A stretch of DNA of 64,000 nt from positions 1-64,000 of the forward strand of contig JAXGPF010000004.1 of NCBI GenBank assembly GCA_040767085.1, given 5' to 3'. The translations under genes and the position numbers were made by a program. The DNA is from Kiritimatiellia bacterium. Its GTDB lineage: Bacteria > Verrucomicrobiota > Kiritimatiellia > JAAZAB01. This document shows, piece after piece, positions 50,435 to 60,864 of this stretch. Position 1 is the first letter of the stretch. Each line of letters begins with the position of its first letter. Below the pieces are notes generated by a model. That model saw nothing but the letters and a program-made list of their open reading frames with translations. It was not told the DNA's origin and ran no database searches.

Positions 50435-52402
50435 ATGTTACGGACCAAATTATTCAAAGCCTTTGCGGCGCTGGTGATTCTATTCGGCGCGGTTTCGGCC
50501 ATATTTTCCATCAAGATGGTGCGTTCGCGCGTGGTGGAGGAAGCCCAGAACCAGGTGCGCCTGAACCTGAACGGCGCCTGGGCGGTTTACCACAGCCAAC
50601 AGCAGAAAATTTCCACGGTGCTGCAACTGCTGGCATCCAAAAACGACCTGCTGGAAGCCGCCCGCACCCGCGCCTGGGACAATCCCGAACTGCTCAGCCG
50701 GCTGGAAGCGCTGCGGATCAAGTTCGACCTGGATTACCTGAGCATTACCGATGCCGACGGCCGGGTGACCCAGCGCGCCGCCCCCCCCTACCGCGCCGGC
50801 GATTACCGCCGGGCTAATCCCGCCATTGCGCGCGCCTGCCAGGGCGAAACGGTATCCGGCGCCAGTATTCTTACCGAAGACGAACTGCGCCAGGAAGCCG
50901 ACGGCCTGGCGGAACGCGCCTGCCTGCAGCTCGAGCCGGCGCCGCAAAGCCGGCCGCTCTCCAGGACCGTGGAAAACCGCGGCCTGGTCCTGCAGTCCGC
51001 CGTGCCGATCATGCATGCTTCCCGCGTGATCGGCGTGATTTACGGCGGCATCCTGCTCAATCGCAACGAAGCGCTGGTCGACCAGATTCGGGAAGTGGTG
51101 TACAAGAATGAGACCTACCAGAACCGGCCGCTCGGCTCGGCAACGGTTTTCCTGGACGATATCCGCATCTGCACGACCCTCCGCCTGCCCAACGGCAACC
51201 GCGCCCTGGGCACCCGCGCCGAGCGCGAGGTTGCCGCGCGCGTGCTGGACAACGGCCAACCCTGGATCGGCCGGGCCTGCGTCATCAATGACTGTTTCCT
51301 CACCGCTTACGACCCGATCCAGGACGAACGCGGCCGCACGATCGGCATGCTGTATGTCGGCATGCTGGAAAAACCATTCCGCGACCTGCAGCGCGGCATC
51401 ATCTGGCGCTACGCCCTGTTGTTCATGGTTTTCATCTCCATCGCCCTGGTGACCGCCTTCACCACAGCCAACCGGCTGGCGCGTCCGATTCACCGCCTGG
51501 TCAACGCCGCCAAATCGGTCATGGGCGGGACCTACCCGGCGCCCGTTGCCGGCGGCCAGGCCTGCCGCGAAACCGGCGCGCTGGTCCATGCCTTTAATCA
51601 AATGACCGCCGCCCTCCGCGAACGCGAAAGCAAACTGCAGGACGCCAACGAGTCGCTGCAGGCCATCAACCGCAACTATATGGAAATGCTGGGATTCGTC
51701 GCGCACGAATTGAAGAGCCCCGTCGGCACCATCCTGAACTACGTTTACCTGCTGAACGAGGGCAAACTGGGCGGATTGACCGAGAAGCAAAGCCGGGCGG
51801 TCAAGAACATTGACGGCAACATCAAGCTGGTGCTGGAAATGATCCGCCATTACCTGAACCTCTCCCGCATCGAGAATAACGAATTGCAGCCCAATTGCGA
51901 GCGGGTGGACGCCGGCGAGGATGTCCTGAAACCGCTGCTGGAGGCCTATGATCCCGAAATCAAGGCGCACCAGATAACGCTTGACAATCGCGTGCCGCCA
52001 CATACGATGGTTCTTTCGGATTTGAACATGACCAGGGAAGTGTTCGAGAACCTGATCAGCAATGCCATCAAATACGGACGCGCCGGCGGCGCGCTCGTCA
52101 TTGACGCCCGGCCCAAACCGGATGCTATGATGGAATTCTGTGTCCGGAACGACGGGGAAGGCATCCCCGCCGACAAACTGGGCCTGCTGTTCCGCAAGTT
52201 CTCGCGGCTGGAAACCAGCCGCGGCATCCGGCATCAGAAGGGTACCGGCCTGGGTCTGTTTATTACGCGCAACATAGTGGAAGCGCACGGCGGCAGCATT
52301 ACGGTGGAATCCGTTCCGGACCAGTGGACGGCTTTCCGCTTCACCCTGCCGGCGGCGCCGGCGATTGCAGCAAACGACAAGGAGCAAACTCATCATGCCT
52401 AA
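50435..52402 (+). CDS. Cache-HAMP sensor histidine kinase
   Basis: TM, ATVF..D.RI.T......RALGT Cache motif, HAMP, AHELKSP, NLISNAIKY, GTGLGL. Confidence 0.92.
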   Translation: MLRTKLFKAFAALVILFGAVSAIFSIKMVRSRVVEEAQNQVRLNLNGAWAVYHSQQQKISTVLQLLASKNDLLEAARTRAWDNPELLSRLEALRIKFDLDYLSITDADGRVTQRAAPPYRAGDYRRANPAIARACQGETVSGASILTEDELRQEADGLAERACLQLEPAPQSRPLSRTVENRGLVLQSAVPIMHASRVIGVIYGGILLNRNEALVDQIREVVYKNETYQNRPLGSATVFLDDIRICTTLRLPNGNRALGTRAEREVAARVLDNGQPWIGRACVINDCFLTAYDPIQDERGRTIGMLYVGMLEKPFRDLQRGIIWRYALLFMVFISIALVTAFTTANRLARPIHRLVNAAKSVMGGTYPAPVAGGQACRETGALVHAFNQMTAALRERESKLQDANESLQAINRNYMEMLGFVAHELKSPVGTILNYVYLLNEGKLGGLTEKQSRAVKNIDGNIKLVLEMIRHYLNLSRIENNELQPNCERVDAGEDVLKPLLEAYDPEIKAHQITLDNRVPPHTMVLSDLNMTREVFENLISNAIKYGRAGGALVIDARPKPDAMMEFCVRNDGEGIPADKLGLLFRKFSRLETSRGIRHQKGTGLGLFITRNIVEAHGGSITVESVPDQWTAFRFTLPAAPAIAANDKEQTHHA

Positions 52403-54563
52403 TCCCATAGACCGCTTAACGGAACTGCGCAAAGACGCGGTTTTCCGCCTTTTCAACACCAAGTTCAAGGCGCGGATGCGCATTACCGTCGGATCGGCCA
52501 CCTGCGAAAACGCCGCCGGGGCCGTCGCGGTGCACCAGCGCTTCGCGGAGCTGATACAGCAGCATGGCTGCGCCGACGAGGTCGTGCTCGGCCGCGTGGG
52601 CTGCGCCGGCCGGTGCGACATGGAGCCCGTGGTGACCATGGTGCCCTTCCGCGAAACCCCGGTGAAATACATTCACATGACACCCGCCAAGGTGGATGAG
52701 GTTTTCGAAAACCACATCCGCGGCGGACGGATTGTCGAAAAATACACCATGCGCAACCTGCTGGGCATCCGCAACGCCAAGCGCGTGGTGGCGTTGTGCG
52801 GCGGCTCGCATTGCCTGAAAAACCATTCCCTGGAAATCGAAAAGGCGTTCGCCGCCGCGCTGGAACGCCATGGCCTCGACAAATCCGTGGTCGTCACCCG
52901 CTCGGCCTGCCAGGGGCTTTGCGAACATGGTCCGATTGCTTTCATTTATCCCGACGGCGTCACCTACCACCGGCTGACGCCGGCCATCGCCGAGCGCATC
53001 GTCGCGGAGCATTTCGCCAAGGAACGCGTGGTGGCCGAGCACACCTGGACCGACAACCGCCTGGCCAACCGCTTTTTCCCGATTTTCGGCGACGTCCATT
53101 TCTTCAGCAAGCAATTGCGCCTGACCCTGCGCAATTGCGGTATCATCGATCCCGAAAGCCTGGATGAATACCTGGCGGTGCGCGGCTACGAAGCCATCGC
53201 CCATGTCCTCGCCACGATGACGCCCGCCGCAGTGGTGGACGCCATCACGCTCTCCGGGTTGCGCGGGCGCGGCGGCGCCGGCTTCTCCACCGGCATGAAA
53301 TGGAAGATGGGCGCGACGGCCAAGGGCGACCAGAAATTCATCATCTGCAATGCCGACGAGGGCGATCCGGGCGCCTTCATGGACCGCAGCACCATCGAAG
53401 GCGACCCCCACACCATCATCGAAGGTATGATGATCGGCGCCCGCGCCATCGGCGCCGCGCGCGGCTATATTTACATCCGCGCCGAATACCCGCTGGCGAT
53501 CAGCCGCCTGGAACGGGCTCTGGCGGACGCGCGCGCCGCCGGGCTCCTGGGTAAAAACATTCTCGGCACGGACTGGGATTTCGACATCACCCTCCGCCTG
53601 GGCGCGGGGGCTTTCGTCTGCGGCGAGGAATCCGCCTTGATCAAGTCCATCGAAGGCGAGCGCGGCATGCCGCGGCCGCGGCCCCCCTACCCGACTCAGG
53701 CCGGGCTCTGGGGGTATCCCACGGTGATCAACAACGTCGAAACGTTCGCCAATATCCCGGTCATCATCCTGGACGGTCCGGAATGGTTCCGCACGCTCGG
53801 CGCCGAGAAGAGCAAGGGCACCAAGGTCTTCGCCCTGGCCGGCAAGGTCAACAACAACGGCCTGATCGAAGTCCCCATGGGCACCACCCTGCGCGAAGTG
53901 GTTTACGACATCGGCGGCGGCATCAAGGATGGGAAGGAATTCAAGGCCGTCCAAACCGGCGGCCCCGCCGGCGGCTGCCTGCCGGCGTCCGCGCTGGACA
54001 CCCCGATCGACTACGACTCCCTGGCCGCCGCCGGCAGCATCATGGGCAGCGGCGGCATGATCGTGATTGACAATGAGACCTGCATCGTGGATGTGGCCAA
54101 GTTCTTCCTGGAATTCACCCAGAGCGAATCCTGCGGCAAATGCACACCCTGCCGCGAAGGCACGAAGCGCATGCTGGAAATTCTCCAGCGCATCACCGCC
54201 GGACAGGGCAAGCTGGAGGACCTTGACAAGCTGCTGCGGCTGGCGGACACCATCAAAAAAACCTCCCTCTGCGGACTGGGCCAGGCCGCGCCCAACCCGG
54301 TCATCAGCACGATCAAGCATTTCCGCGACGAATACGAAGCGCATATCCGCGACCGCCGCTGCCCCGCCGGCTCCTGCAAGTCGCTGCTCCGCTACGAAAT
54401 CATCCCGGACAAATGCGTCGGCTGCGGCGCCTGCCGGAAGAAATGCCCGGTGAACTGCATCGCCGGCAAGCCCAAGACCGTCCATGAAATCAACCAGGCC
54501 GCCTGCATCAAATGCGGCAACTGCCTGGCCGTCTGCAAATTTAACGCCGTTAAAAGGACTTGA
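52395..54563 (+). CDS. hydB: [FeFe]-hydrogenase NuoF-like diaphorase subunit with two N-terminal thioredoxin-like [2Fe-2S] domains
   Basis: GLRGRGGAGF, CNADEGDPGAFMDR, GAGAFVCGEE, ESCGKCTPCREG, two C-terminal CxxCxxC motifs. Confidence 0.92.
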   Translation: MPNPIDRLTELRKDAVFRLFNTKFKARMRITVGSATCENAAGAVAVHQRFAELIQQHGCADEVVLGRVGCAGRCDMEPVVTMVPFRETPVKYIHMTPAKVDEVFENHIRGGRIVEKYTMRNLLGIRNAKRVVALCGGSHCLKNHSLEIEKAFAAALERHGLDKSVVVTRSACQGLCEHGPIAFIYPDGVTYHRLTPAIAERIVAEHFAKERVVAEHTWTDNRLANRFFPIFGDVHFFSKQLRLTLRNCGIIDPESLDEYLAVRGYEAIAHVLATMTPAAVVDAITLSGLRGRGGAGFSTGMKWKMGATAKGDQKFIICNADEGDPGAFMDRSTIEGDPHTIIEGMMIGARAIGAARGYIYIRAEYPLAISRLERALADARAAGLLGKNILGTDWDFDITLRLGAGAFVCGEESALIKSIEGERGMPRPRPPYPTQAGLWGYPTVINNVETFANIPVIILDGPEWFRTLGAEKSKGTKVFALAGKVNNNGLIEVPMGTTLREVVYDIGGGIKDGKEFKAVQTGGPAGGCLPASALDTPIDYDSLAAAGSIMGSGGMIVIDNETCIVDVAKFFLEFTQSESCGKCTPCREGTKRMLEILQRITAGQGKLEDLDKLLRLADTIKKTSLCGLGQAAPNPVISTIKHFRDEYEAHIRDRRCPAGSCKSLLRYEIIPDKCVGCGACRKKCPVNCIAGKPKTVHEINQAACIKCGNCLAVCKFNAVKRT

Positions 54564-54565
54564 AC

Positions 54566-56335
54566 ATGAACACTGCCAAGGAAAACATCATCACCCTCTG
54601 GATTGACGGGGTGCAAACCACTACCCGCGAGGGCAACACCATCATGCAGGCCGCCGATGAGATCGGCGTCCGCATCCCCCGGCTCTGCTACCATCCCGAA
54701 TTGAGCATCCTGGGCGCCTGCCGCATCTGCATCGTGGAAGTGGAAGGCATGCGTAATCCCGTGGCCTCCTGCGCCCACCCGGCCGCCAACGGCATGCGCG
54801 TGCGCACCTCCTCGCCCCTGCTGCGCCGCCTGCGCCGCGATATCGTGGAGTTGATCCTGGACAACCACCCCAAGGACTGCCAGACCTGCGATCGCAACAA
54901 CACCTGTGAATTGCAGCGCCTGGCTTACGAGCTGGGCGTGCGCGAACGTCTCTTCGAAGGCGAACGCAAACGCCTCAAGACGGACGAATCCTCGCCCGCC
55001 CTGATCCGCAATCCGGAAAAGTGCATCCTGTGCGGCCGCTGCATCCGCGTCTGCTCGGAAGTCCAGGGCGTCAACAATCTTTCCCAGCAGGGCCGCGGCT
55101 TTAAGATGGTCGTGGCGCCCGCGCACGAAAAAGATATGGTGGATTCCGTCTGCATCCAGTGCGGCCAATGCATCAACGTCTGCCCCACGGCGGCCTTCGT
55201 GGAACAGAACCACACGGACGAGGTGTTCGAGGCCCTGGCCAATCCGGACCTGCATGTCGTCGTCCAGACGGCGCCTTCCATCCGCGCCGCCATTGGCGAA
55301 GGATTCGGCTTCGAACCCGGCACCCCCGCCACCGGTAAAATGGTCACCGCCCTGCGCCTGATGGGCTTCCACCAGGTGTTCGACACCAACTTCGGCGCCG
55401 ACCTGACCATCGTCGAGGAGGCCCACGAATTCCTGCACCGCCTGCAGACCGGCGAGCGCCTGCCGTTGATCACCTCCTGTTCGCCGGGGTGGATCAACTT
55501 CATGGAACGCTTCTACCCGGAATTGATTCCGCACGCCTCCACCTGCCGTTCCCCCATGTCCATGCTGTCGGTCCTGATCAAGACTTACTACGCCGAGAAG
55601 GCCGGGATTGACCCGCGCAAGATTTACGTGGTGGGCATCATGCCCTGCACCGCCAAAAAATTCGAGGCGCGCCGCCCCGAACACATGGCGCCATCCGGCA
55701 AGCCCTATACCGACGCCGTCCTGACCACCCGCGAATTGATCTGGATGATGAAATGTTTCGGCATCGATTTCCAGGATCTGTCGGACGGCGAATTCGACGC
55801 TCCGCTGGGCATTTCCTCCGGCGCCGGCGACATCTTCGGCGCCACCGGCGGCGTGATGGAAGCCGCGCTGCGCACCGCCTACGAGAAAATTACCGGCAAG
55901 GAATGCCCCAAGCTGGAATTCCCGCAGGTGCGCGCCGTGGAAGGCCTCCGGGAAGTCTCCCTGGCCATCAACGACAACATGATCAACCTGGCGGTGGCCA
56001 ACGGCTTGAACAACGCCAAGATTCTCTTCGAAAAGATGCTCAGCGGCGAAGCGCAATACCACATGATCGAAATCATGGCCTGTCCCGGCGGCTGCATCGG
56101 CGGCGGCGGCCAGCCTTACCCGCCGGAAAACATGCATGTGCTGGACCCGGAACTCACGCGCCTGCGCGCCAAGGCCCTGTACGACATTGACCAGGCCAAG
56201 AAATTGCGCAAGTCGCACGCCAACCCGGCCATCCAGAAATTATACGAGGAATTCCTGGGCAGCCCCAACAGCCACAAGGCCCATGAACTCTTGCATACCC
56301 ATTATCAACCGCGTTTGCCCAAAGGAGTGAAATGA
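54566..56335 (+). CDS. hydA: [FeFe]-hydrogenase catalytic subunit (group A)
   Basis: H-cluster motifs TSCSPGW, MPCTAKKFE, EIMACPGGCIGGGGQP; N-terminal Fe-S domains. Confidence 0.96.
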   Translation: MNTAKENIITLWIDGVQTTTREGNTIMQAADEIGVRIPRLCYHPELSILGACRICIVEVEGMRNPVASCAHPAANGMRVRTSSPLLRRLRRDIVELILDNHPKDCQTCDRNNTCELQRLAYELGVRERLFEGERKRLKTDESSPALIRNPEKCILCGRCIRVCSEVQGVNNLSQQGRGFKMVVAPAHEKDMVDSVCIQCGQCINVCPTAAFVEQNHTDEVFEALANPDLHVVVQTAPSIRAAIGEGFGFEPGTPATGKMVTALRLMGFHQVFDTNFGADLTIVEEAHEFLHRLQTGERLPLITSCSPGWINFMERFYPELIPHASTCRSPMSMLSVLIKTYYAEKAGIDPRKIYVVGIMPCTAKKFEARRPEHMAPSGKPYTDAVLTTRELIWMMKCFGIDFQDLSDGEFDAPLGISSGAGDIFGATGGVMEAALRTAYEKITGKECPKLEFPQVRAVEGLREVSLAINDNMINLAVANGLNNAKILFEKMLSGEAQYHMIEIMACPGGCIGGGGQPYPPENMHVLDPELTRLRAKALYDIDQAKKLRKSHANPAIQKLYEEFLGSPNSHKAHELLHTHYQPRLPKGVK

Positions 56336-56874
56336 ACCAACCCGCCAAAACCGAGACCATGGCCGGCGCCGGCTTGCCGCAGGATATTATCGAATATATC
56401 GATCAATGCCGCGCCGCGCCGCATCCCGAAAGTTTTCTGATCGCGGTGCTGCAGCGCGTCCAGGAACGTTTCACCTGCCTGCGCCGCGAACATCTGGACG
56501 AGGTCTCGCAGCGCATGCAGATTCCCTCCGCCAAGGTCACCGGCGTCGCCACTTTTTATCATTTCTTTTCCTTCATTCCCAAGGGACGGCACCGTATCTC
56601 CGTCTGCCTCGGCACCGCCTGCTACGTTAAGGGCGCCGGCCAGGTGGTGGAGCGCCTGGGGGAACTGCTGGGCATCAAGCCCGGCGAAACCACCCCGGAC
56701 GGCAAATTTTCCCTGGATACTTCGCGCTGTTTCGGCGCATGCGCCCTCGCCCCGGTGATGGTGATCGGCGAAAAAGTTTACGGCAATGTGCGCCCGGATG
56801 ACCTGCCGGGCATCCTGGCGGAATACGAAGACCACGCGTCCGCCGCCGGCCGGGCGGCGGCAGCCCGGCAATAA
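56332..56874 (+). CDS. hydC: NuoE-like [2Fe-2S] hydrogenase subunit
   Basis: GVATFY, VCLGTACYVKG, CFGACALAPV. Confidence 0.93.
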   Translation: MNQPAKTETMAGAGLPQDIIEYIDQCRAAPHPESFLIAVLQRVQERFTCLRREHLDEVSQRMQIPSAKVTGVATFYHFFSFIPKGRHRISVCLGTACYVKGAGQVVERLGELLGIKPGETTPDGKFSLDTSRCFGACALAPVMVIGEKVYGNVRPDDLPGILAEYEDHASAAGRAAAARQ

Positions 56875-56900
56875 TCACTGCCGGCGGCGGTTGGAACATC

Positions 56901-57350
56901 ATGGCGGCAAGTCGCAAAATAGTGCTGGTGGACGACGACCGGAATTTCGTGGAATCCAACCGCGAACTGCTGGAAGCCTGCGGGTATGACGTTTTCACCG
57001 CGCACGATGGCCCGACCGGCCTCGAACTGGTCCGCCAGATTCATCCGGACCTGGTCGTGCTGGACGTGATGATGACCACCGACACCGAGGGCTTCGAAAC
57101 CGCCCGCGCCATCGCCGCCGATCACGCCTTGCGCCGGACGCGGGTCATGCTGCTGACCGGCGTGGCCAATGCCATGCACCTGCCATTCGACTTCGAGCCG
57201 GATGCCAAGTGGCTGCCGGTGGCCCGTATCCTGGAAAAGCCGGTTTCGCCCTCGATGTTCATCGCTGAGATTGAAAAACTTTTACTGAATCAACCAGATC
57301 AAGGAGACAAGCCATGCCCGCAGCCGCCCCCGCCCGCAAACGCATTTTAA
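56901..57350 (+). CDS. Single-domain response regulator
   Basis: LVDDD, LDVMM, LTG, EKP. Confidence 0.9.
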   Translation: MAASRKIVLVDDDRNFVESNRELLEACGYDVFTAHDGPTGLELVRQIHPDLVVLDVMMTTDTEGFETARAIAADHALRRTRVMLLTGVANAMHLPFDFEPDAKWLPVARILEKPVSPSMFIAEIEKLLLNQPDQGDKPCPQPPPPANAF

Positions 57351-57721
57351 TGGTGGACGATGACCAGGACTTCCTGGATTCCTGCAAAGCCGTGCTGGAA
57401 TCGGAAAATTACGAAGTGCTCACCGCCAACGACGGCGCGGCGGGCTTGGAACTGGCGCGGGGTTCCAAGCCGGACCTGATCGTGATGGACATGATGATGG
57501 CCACCACAACCGAAGGCATGGAAATCAGCCGGCGCATCCGGGAAACCCCGGAGTTGCGGCATTTGCGCCTGATCATGATCACCGGCGCGCGCTCCGCCAT
57601 GCACCTGCCGTTCCGGTTCGAACCCGACCCCCACCATCTGCCGGTGGACGCCGTCCTGGAAAAGCCCCTGTCGCCCGCCGCGCTGCTGCATGAAGTGCGC
57701 AAGCATCTGAACAACGCCTGA
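57314..57721 (+). CDS. Single-domain response regulator (paralogue)
   Basis: MVDDD, MDMMM, ITG, EKP; AAGGAG SD. Confidence 0.9.
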   Translation: MPAAAPARKRILMVDDDQDFLDSCKAVLESENYEVLTANDGAAGLELARGSKPDLIVMDMMMATTTEGMEISRRIRETPELRHLRLIMITGARSAMHLPFRFEPDPHHLPVDAVLEKPLSPAALLHEVRKHLNNA

Positions 57722-57762
57722 TCCAAGTTTCAATTTCAAGCATAACGCTTAATTTAATTTCT

Positions 57763-57793
57763 TTGTTGCATAGTTGCGCAACAATGCTACAAT
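57763..57793 (+). promoter_or_regulatory. Palindromic ArsR-type operator overlapping promoter
   Basis: TTGTTGCATAGTTGC|GCAACAATGCTACAA (13 of 15 pairs); TTGCAT-16 nt-TACAAT. Confidence 0.75.
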
Positions 57794-57800
57794 ATGCGCC

Positions 57801-58133
57801 ATGCATTACGAAGAACTCAAAGCGCGGGCGCGGGTGATGAAGGCGCTCTCCAGCCCGGTGCGCCTTAAGATTGTCGAAGAATTGGGCAAGGGCGAACGCT
57901 GTATCTGCGAATTGCAGCCGCTGTTCCGCATGAACAAGTCCACCCTCTCGCGCCATGTCGCCGCCCTCCGCAACGTCGGCATCGTGGGCGAGCGGCGCGA
58001 GGGTGTCAAGTGCATGCTCCGGCTGCTGACGCCCTGCGTCCTGAATGTGTTTGAGTGCGCCATGGGCGTGATTCGCGCGGAAGCCCGGCGCCAGACAAAG
58101 CTGGTCGCAGGGAGGCATGTTGCAAAACCATGA
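57801..58133 (+). CDS. ArsR/SmtB-family transcriptional repressor
   Basis: KALSSPVRLKIV, GERCICEL, STLSRHV..L. Confidence 0.92.
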   Translation: MHYEELKARARVMKALSSPVRLKIVEELGKGERCICELQPLFRMNKSTLSRHVAALRNVGIVGERREGVKCMLRLLTPCVLNVFECAMGVIRAEARRQTKLVAGRHVAKP

Positions 58134-59524
58134 ATGACGGCAATCGCAGGGAATTAAAAATACTCGGATGGTTGGCCGGTCTCTTTCTCGCGCTCTACTA
58201 CCTGCCGGTCGAAACGGCGCGGTTTCAGGGCGCCCTCATCGAGGCCTTCAAGCTGGCCAAATGGTACGCGCGGGAGCACGTGCTGCTCTGCCTTGTCCCG
58301 GCCTTCTTCATCGCCGGGGCGATCGGCGTGTTCGTGAGCCAGGCGGCGGTAATGAAGTACTTCGGGCCGAAGGCGCACAAAGCCCTCGCCTATGGCGTCG
58401 CTTCGGTGTCGGGAACCATTCTGGCCGTCTGTTCCTGCACGGTCCTGCCCCTTTTCGGCGGGATTTACATGCGCGGCGCCGGGCTGGGGCCGGCCATCGC
58501 CTTCCTGTATTCCGGACCGGCGATTAACGTCCTGGCCATCGTGCTGACGGCCCGGGTGCTGGGTTGGCAGTTGGGCGTAGCCCGGGCCATCGGCGCGGTC
58601 GTGTTCAGCGTGGTGATCGGCCTGCTGATGCACCTCATCTTTCTCAAGGAGGAGCGGGCCAAGGCGGCCCAGGCCCAGGATGTGTATCTCGGCAATGACG
58701 AAAAGGGCAACCGCCCCCTGTGGCAAGTGGCCTTGTACTTCCTCACGATGGTCGGCATCCTGGTCTTCGCCAACTGGGCCAAGCCGGTTGAGACAACCGG
58801 ACTTTGGTTTGCGATCTTCAAGGCCAAGTGGGCCGTTACCGCGCTGTTTGCGGTTCTCATGGGCGGGTGCCTGTGGCGCTTCTTCAAGGTGCGTCTGGCG
58901 TGGATCGTTCTGGCTGCGGTTCCCGTTGTGGTCCTGGCGCTTGCGTTTCCGGGATATCCGGTTCTGGCTTTCGCGGCCGGAGCGACTGGGTTGGCGGGGC
59001 TGACTTTCTTCGGTGGCGCGGAACTGAAGGATTGGCGCGAGCAGACCTGGGGATTTGCGAAGCAGATTCTGCCACTACTGTTCGGCGGGGTGCTCGCCGC
59101 GGGCTTCTTTTTGGGCAGCCCGGAAGGCAAGGACGCCGGCATTGTGCCGAATGTCTGGATTCAGGCGCTGGTGGGCGATTCGCCGGCGACATTGCTGCGC
59201 TTGGCCGGTGGCGGCGCGCAGGCTTTGGTTCCCGGCTGGCTGGCGTTGATCTGGCCCGTCTGGACCAACTTCTTCGCTTCGGTCACCGGCGCGCTGATGT
59301 ATTTCGCCACCCTGACGGAAGTGCCGATTTTGCGGGGGTTGCTTGACAGCGGGATGGGGCAGGGGCCGGCGCTGGCGCTCTTGTTGGCCGGGCCGGCGTT
59401 ATCCTTACCGAACATGCTGGTGATCAATTCCATCCTCGGCCCGAAAAAGACCCTGACTTTCGTCGGGTTGGTGGTGGTGATGGCGACGGTCACGGGCATC
59501 ATCTTTGGAGCGCTGGTTGCATGA
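58130..59524 (+). CDS. DUF318/ArsP-family permease
   Basis: LVPAFFIAG, AVCSCTVLP, GPAIN, MYFATLTEVP, LLAGPALSLP. Confidence 0.88.
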   Translation: MNDGNRRELKILGWLAGLFLALYYLPVETARFQGALIEAFKLAKWYAREHVLLCLVPAFFIAGAIGVFVSQAAVMKYFGPKAHKALAYGVASVSGTILAVCSCTVLPLFGGIYMRGAGLGPAIAFLYSGPAINVLAIVLTARVLGWQLGVARAIGAVVFSVVIGLLMHLIFLKEERAKAAQAQDVYLGNDEKGNRPLWQVALYFLTMVGILVFANWAKPVETTGLWFAIFKAKWAVTALFAVLMGGCLWRFFKVRLAWIVLAAVPVVVLALAFPGYPVLAFAAGATGLAGLTFFGGAELKDWREQTWGFAKQILPLLFGGVLAAGFFLGSPEGKDAGIVPNVWIQALVGDSPATLLRLAGGGAQALVPGWLALIWPVWTNFFASVTGALMYFATLTEVPILRGLLDSGMGQGPALALLLAGPALSLPNMLVINSILGPKKTLTFVGLVVVMATVTGIIFGALVA

Positions 59525-60864
59525 AGAATTCAAAAAACATAGGGCTGGCGCTGCTCGCCGGCGTGGGCGTGGCAATGCTGAATGCACAAGACTTTACCGG
59601 CCCATCCCCGCGCGCCTTAACGCTGGCGGATGCGCTGGATCTGGCCTTGCTGCAAAATCCCGATGTGGCCGAAACGCAAAGCCGGGTGGCGGAATCCGCG
59701 GCGCGCCTGGAGGCCGCCCGCTCCGGGGGGTGGCCAACGCTGAAGGCCCGCGGCGCCTATGATTACTGGACGGAAGATCAACGGTTGATGCCCGCGACGC
59801 GGAACGGCGATCAGGGCGTGTTCGGCGCGCAGACGCTGGGGGTGGAACTGGTTGCCAGCCTGCCGCTTTATACCGGCGGCCGCGTCTCCGGCGAGACGGA
59901 TGCGGCAGCGTGGAACCGGCAAGGAGCAGAGGATCAGTTGATGCGTGTGCGCGAGTCGCTCGTTTATCAGGTGACGGCCATGTTCTATGGCTTGCTGGCA
60001 CAGGATGAGGTGCTGCGGTCGCTGGAAACCGCCGTCCGCGCCATGGACGAGCAGCAGCGCAGCATCGCAGCCTTGGTGAAGGCGGGAAAGGCGGCGCGGG
60101 TGGACTTGTTGCGGGCCAATGTCCGGCGGGCTGAGCTGTACGAACGCCAAGTGCGGGAGCGCAGCAACCGTACTGTTCAACAGCGTGCCTGGGCGGCGCT
60201 GCTTGGGCTGGACGATGCCGCCGCCCCGGAAGCCCGGGGCAAACTGCGCATGCGAGAGGTCGCCGCCTGTCCTGGCGCGACGGAGTGCATGCAGCAAGCG
60301 CTTGCCCGGCGCGCGGATTACCGCGCCGCGCAGGCCGCGGTCGCGGCCGCCGGTGCCGGGGTGCGCGCCGCCCGCGCGGGCTACCGGCCCGCGATTTCCG
60401 CGCAGGCGTCGTATGGCGCGCGCTGGATGCCGGATCCGTCGGATCAGCCCGACGCGGCCGATGACCTGGCGGACGTTGGCCGGGCCGGCTTGCTGGTGGA
60501 AGTGCCCCTCTTCGACGGCAGGCTGACAAGGGCGAAGGTGGCGGAGCAAAAGGCGCGTCAGCGCGGAGCGCAGGAGCGCCTGCGGAAGCTGGAACTGCAG
60601 ATTCGCTTTGAAGTGGAGACGGCCTTGTCGGACATCGCTGCCGCGGGCGAGCGGGTCCAGACGGCCGAGCAGGCCGTCGGTCAAGCTGACGAGAGTTTCA
60701 GGGTTATGCAGGAGAAGTACGACCTGGGCAAGGGCACAATGACGGATGTGCTGGACGCCCAGACAGCGCTGGTGATCGCGCAGACCAACCATGCCCGCGC
60801 CCTGGCGGATCTGGCGGTAGCGGACGCGCGGCGCCGCCTGGCTACAGGGGAGATATTACCATGA
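59521..60864 (+). CDS. TolC-family outer membrane efflux protein
   Basis: Signal peptide, LPLYTGG, VPLFDG, YDLGKGT..DVLDAQ. Confidence 0.92.
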   Translation: MKNSKNIGLALLAGVGVAMLNAQDFTGPSPRALTLADALDLALLQNPDVAETQSRVAESAARLEAARSGGWPTLKARGAYDYWTEDQRLMPATRNGDQGVFGAQTLGVELVASLPLYTGGRVSGETDAAAWNRQGAEDQLMRVRESLVYQVTAMFYGLLAQDEVLRSLETAVRAMDEQQRSIAALVKAGKAARVDLLRANVRRAELYERQVRERSNRTVQQRAWAALLGLDDAAAPEARGKLRMREVAACPGATECMQQALARRADYRAAQAAVAAAGAGVRAARAGYRPAISAQASYGARWMPDPSDQPDAADDLADVGRAGLLVEVPLFDGRLTRAKVAEQKARQRGAQERLRKLELQIRFEVETALSDIAAAGERVQTAEQAVGQADESFRVMQEKYDLGKGTMTDVLDAQTALVIAQTNHARALADLAVADARRRLATGEILP

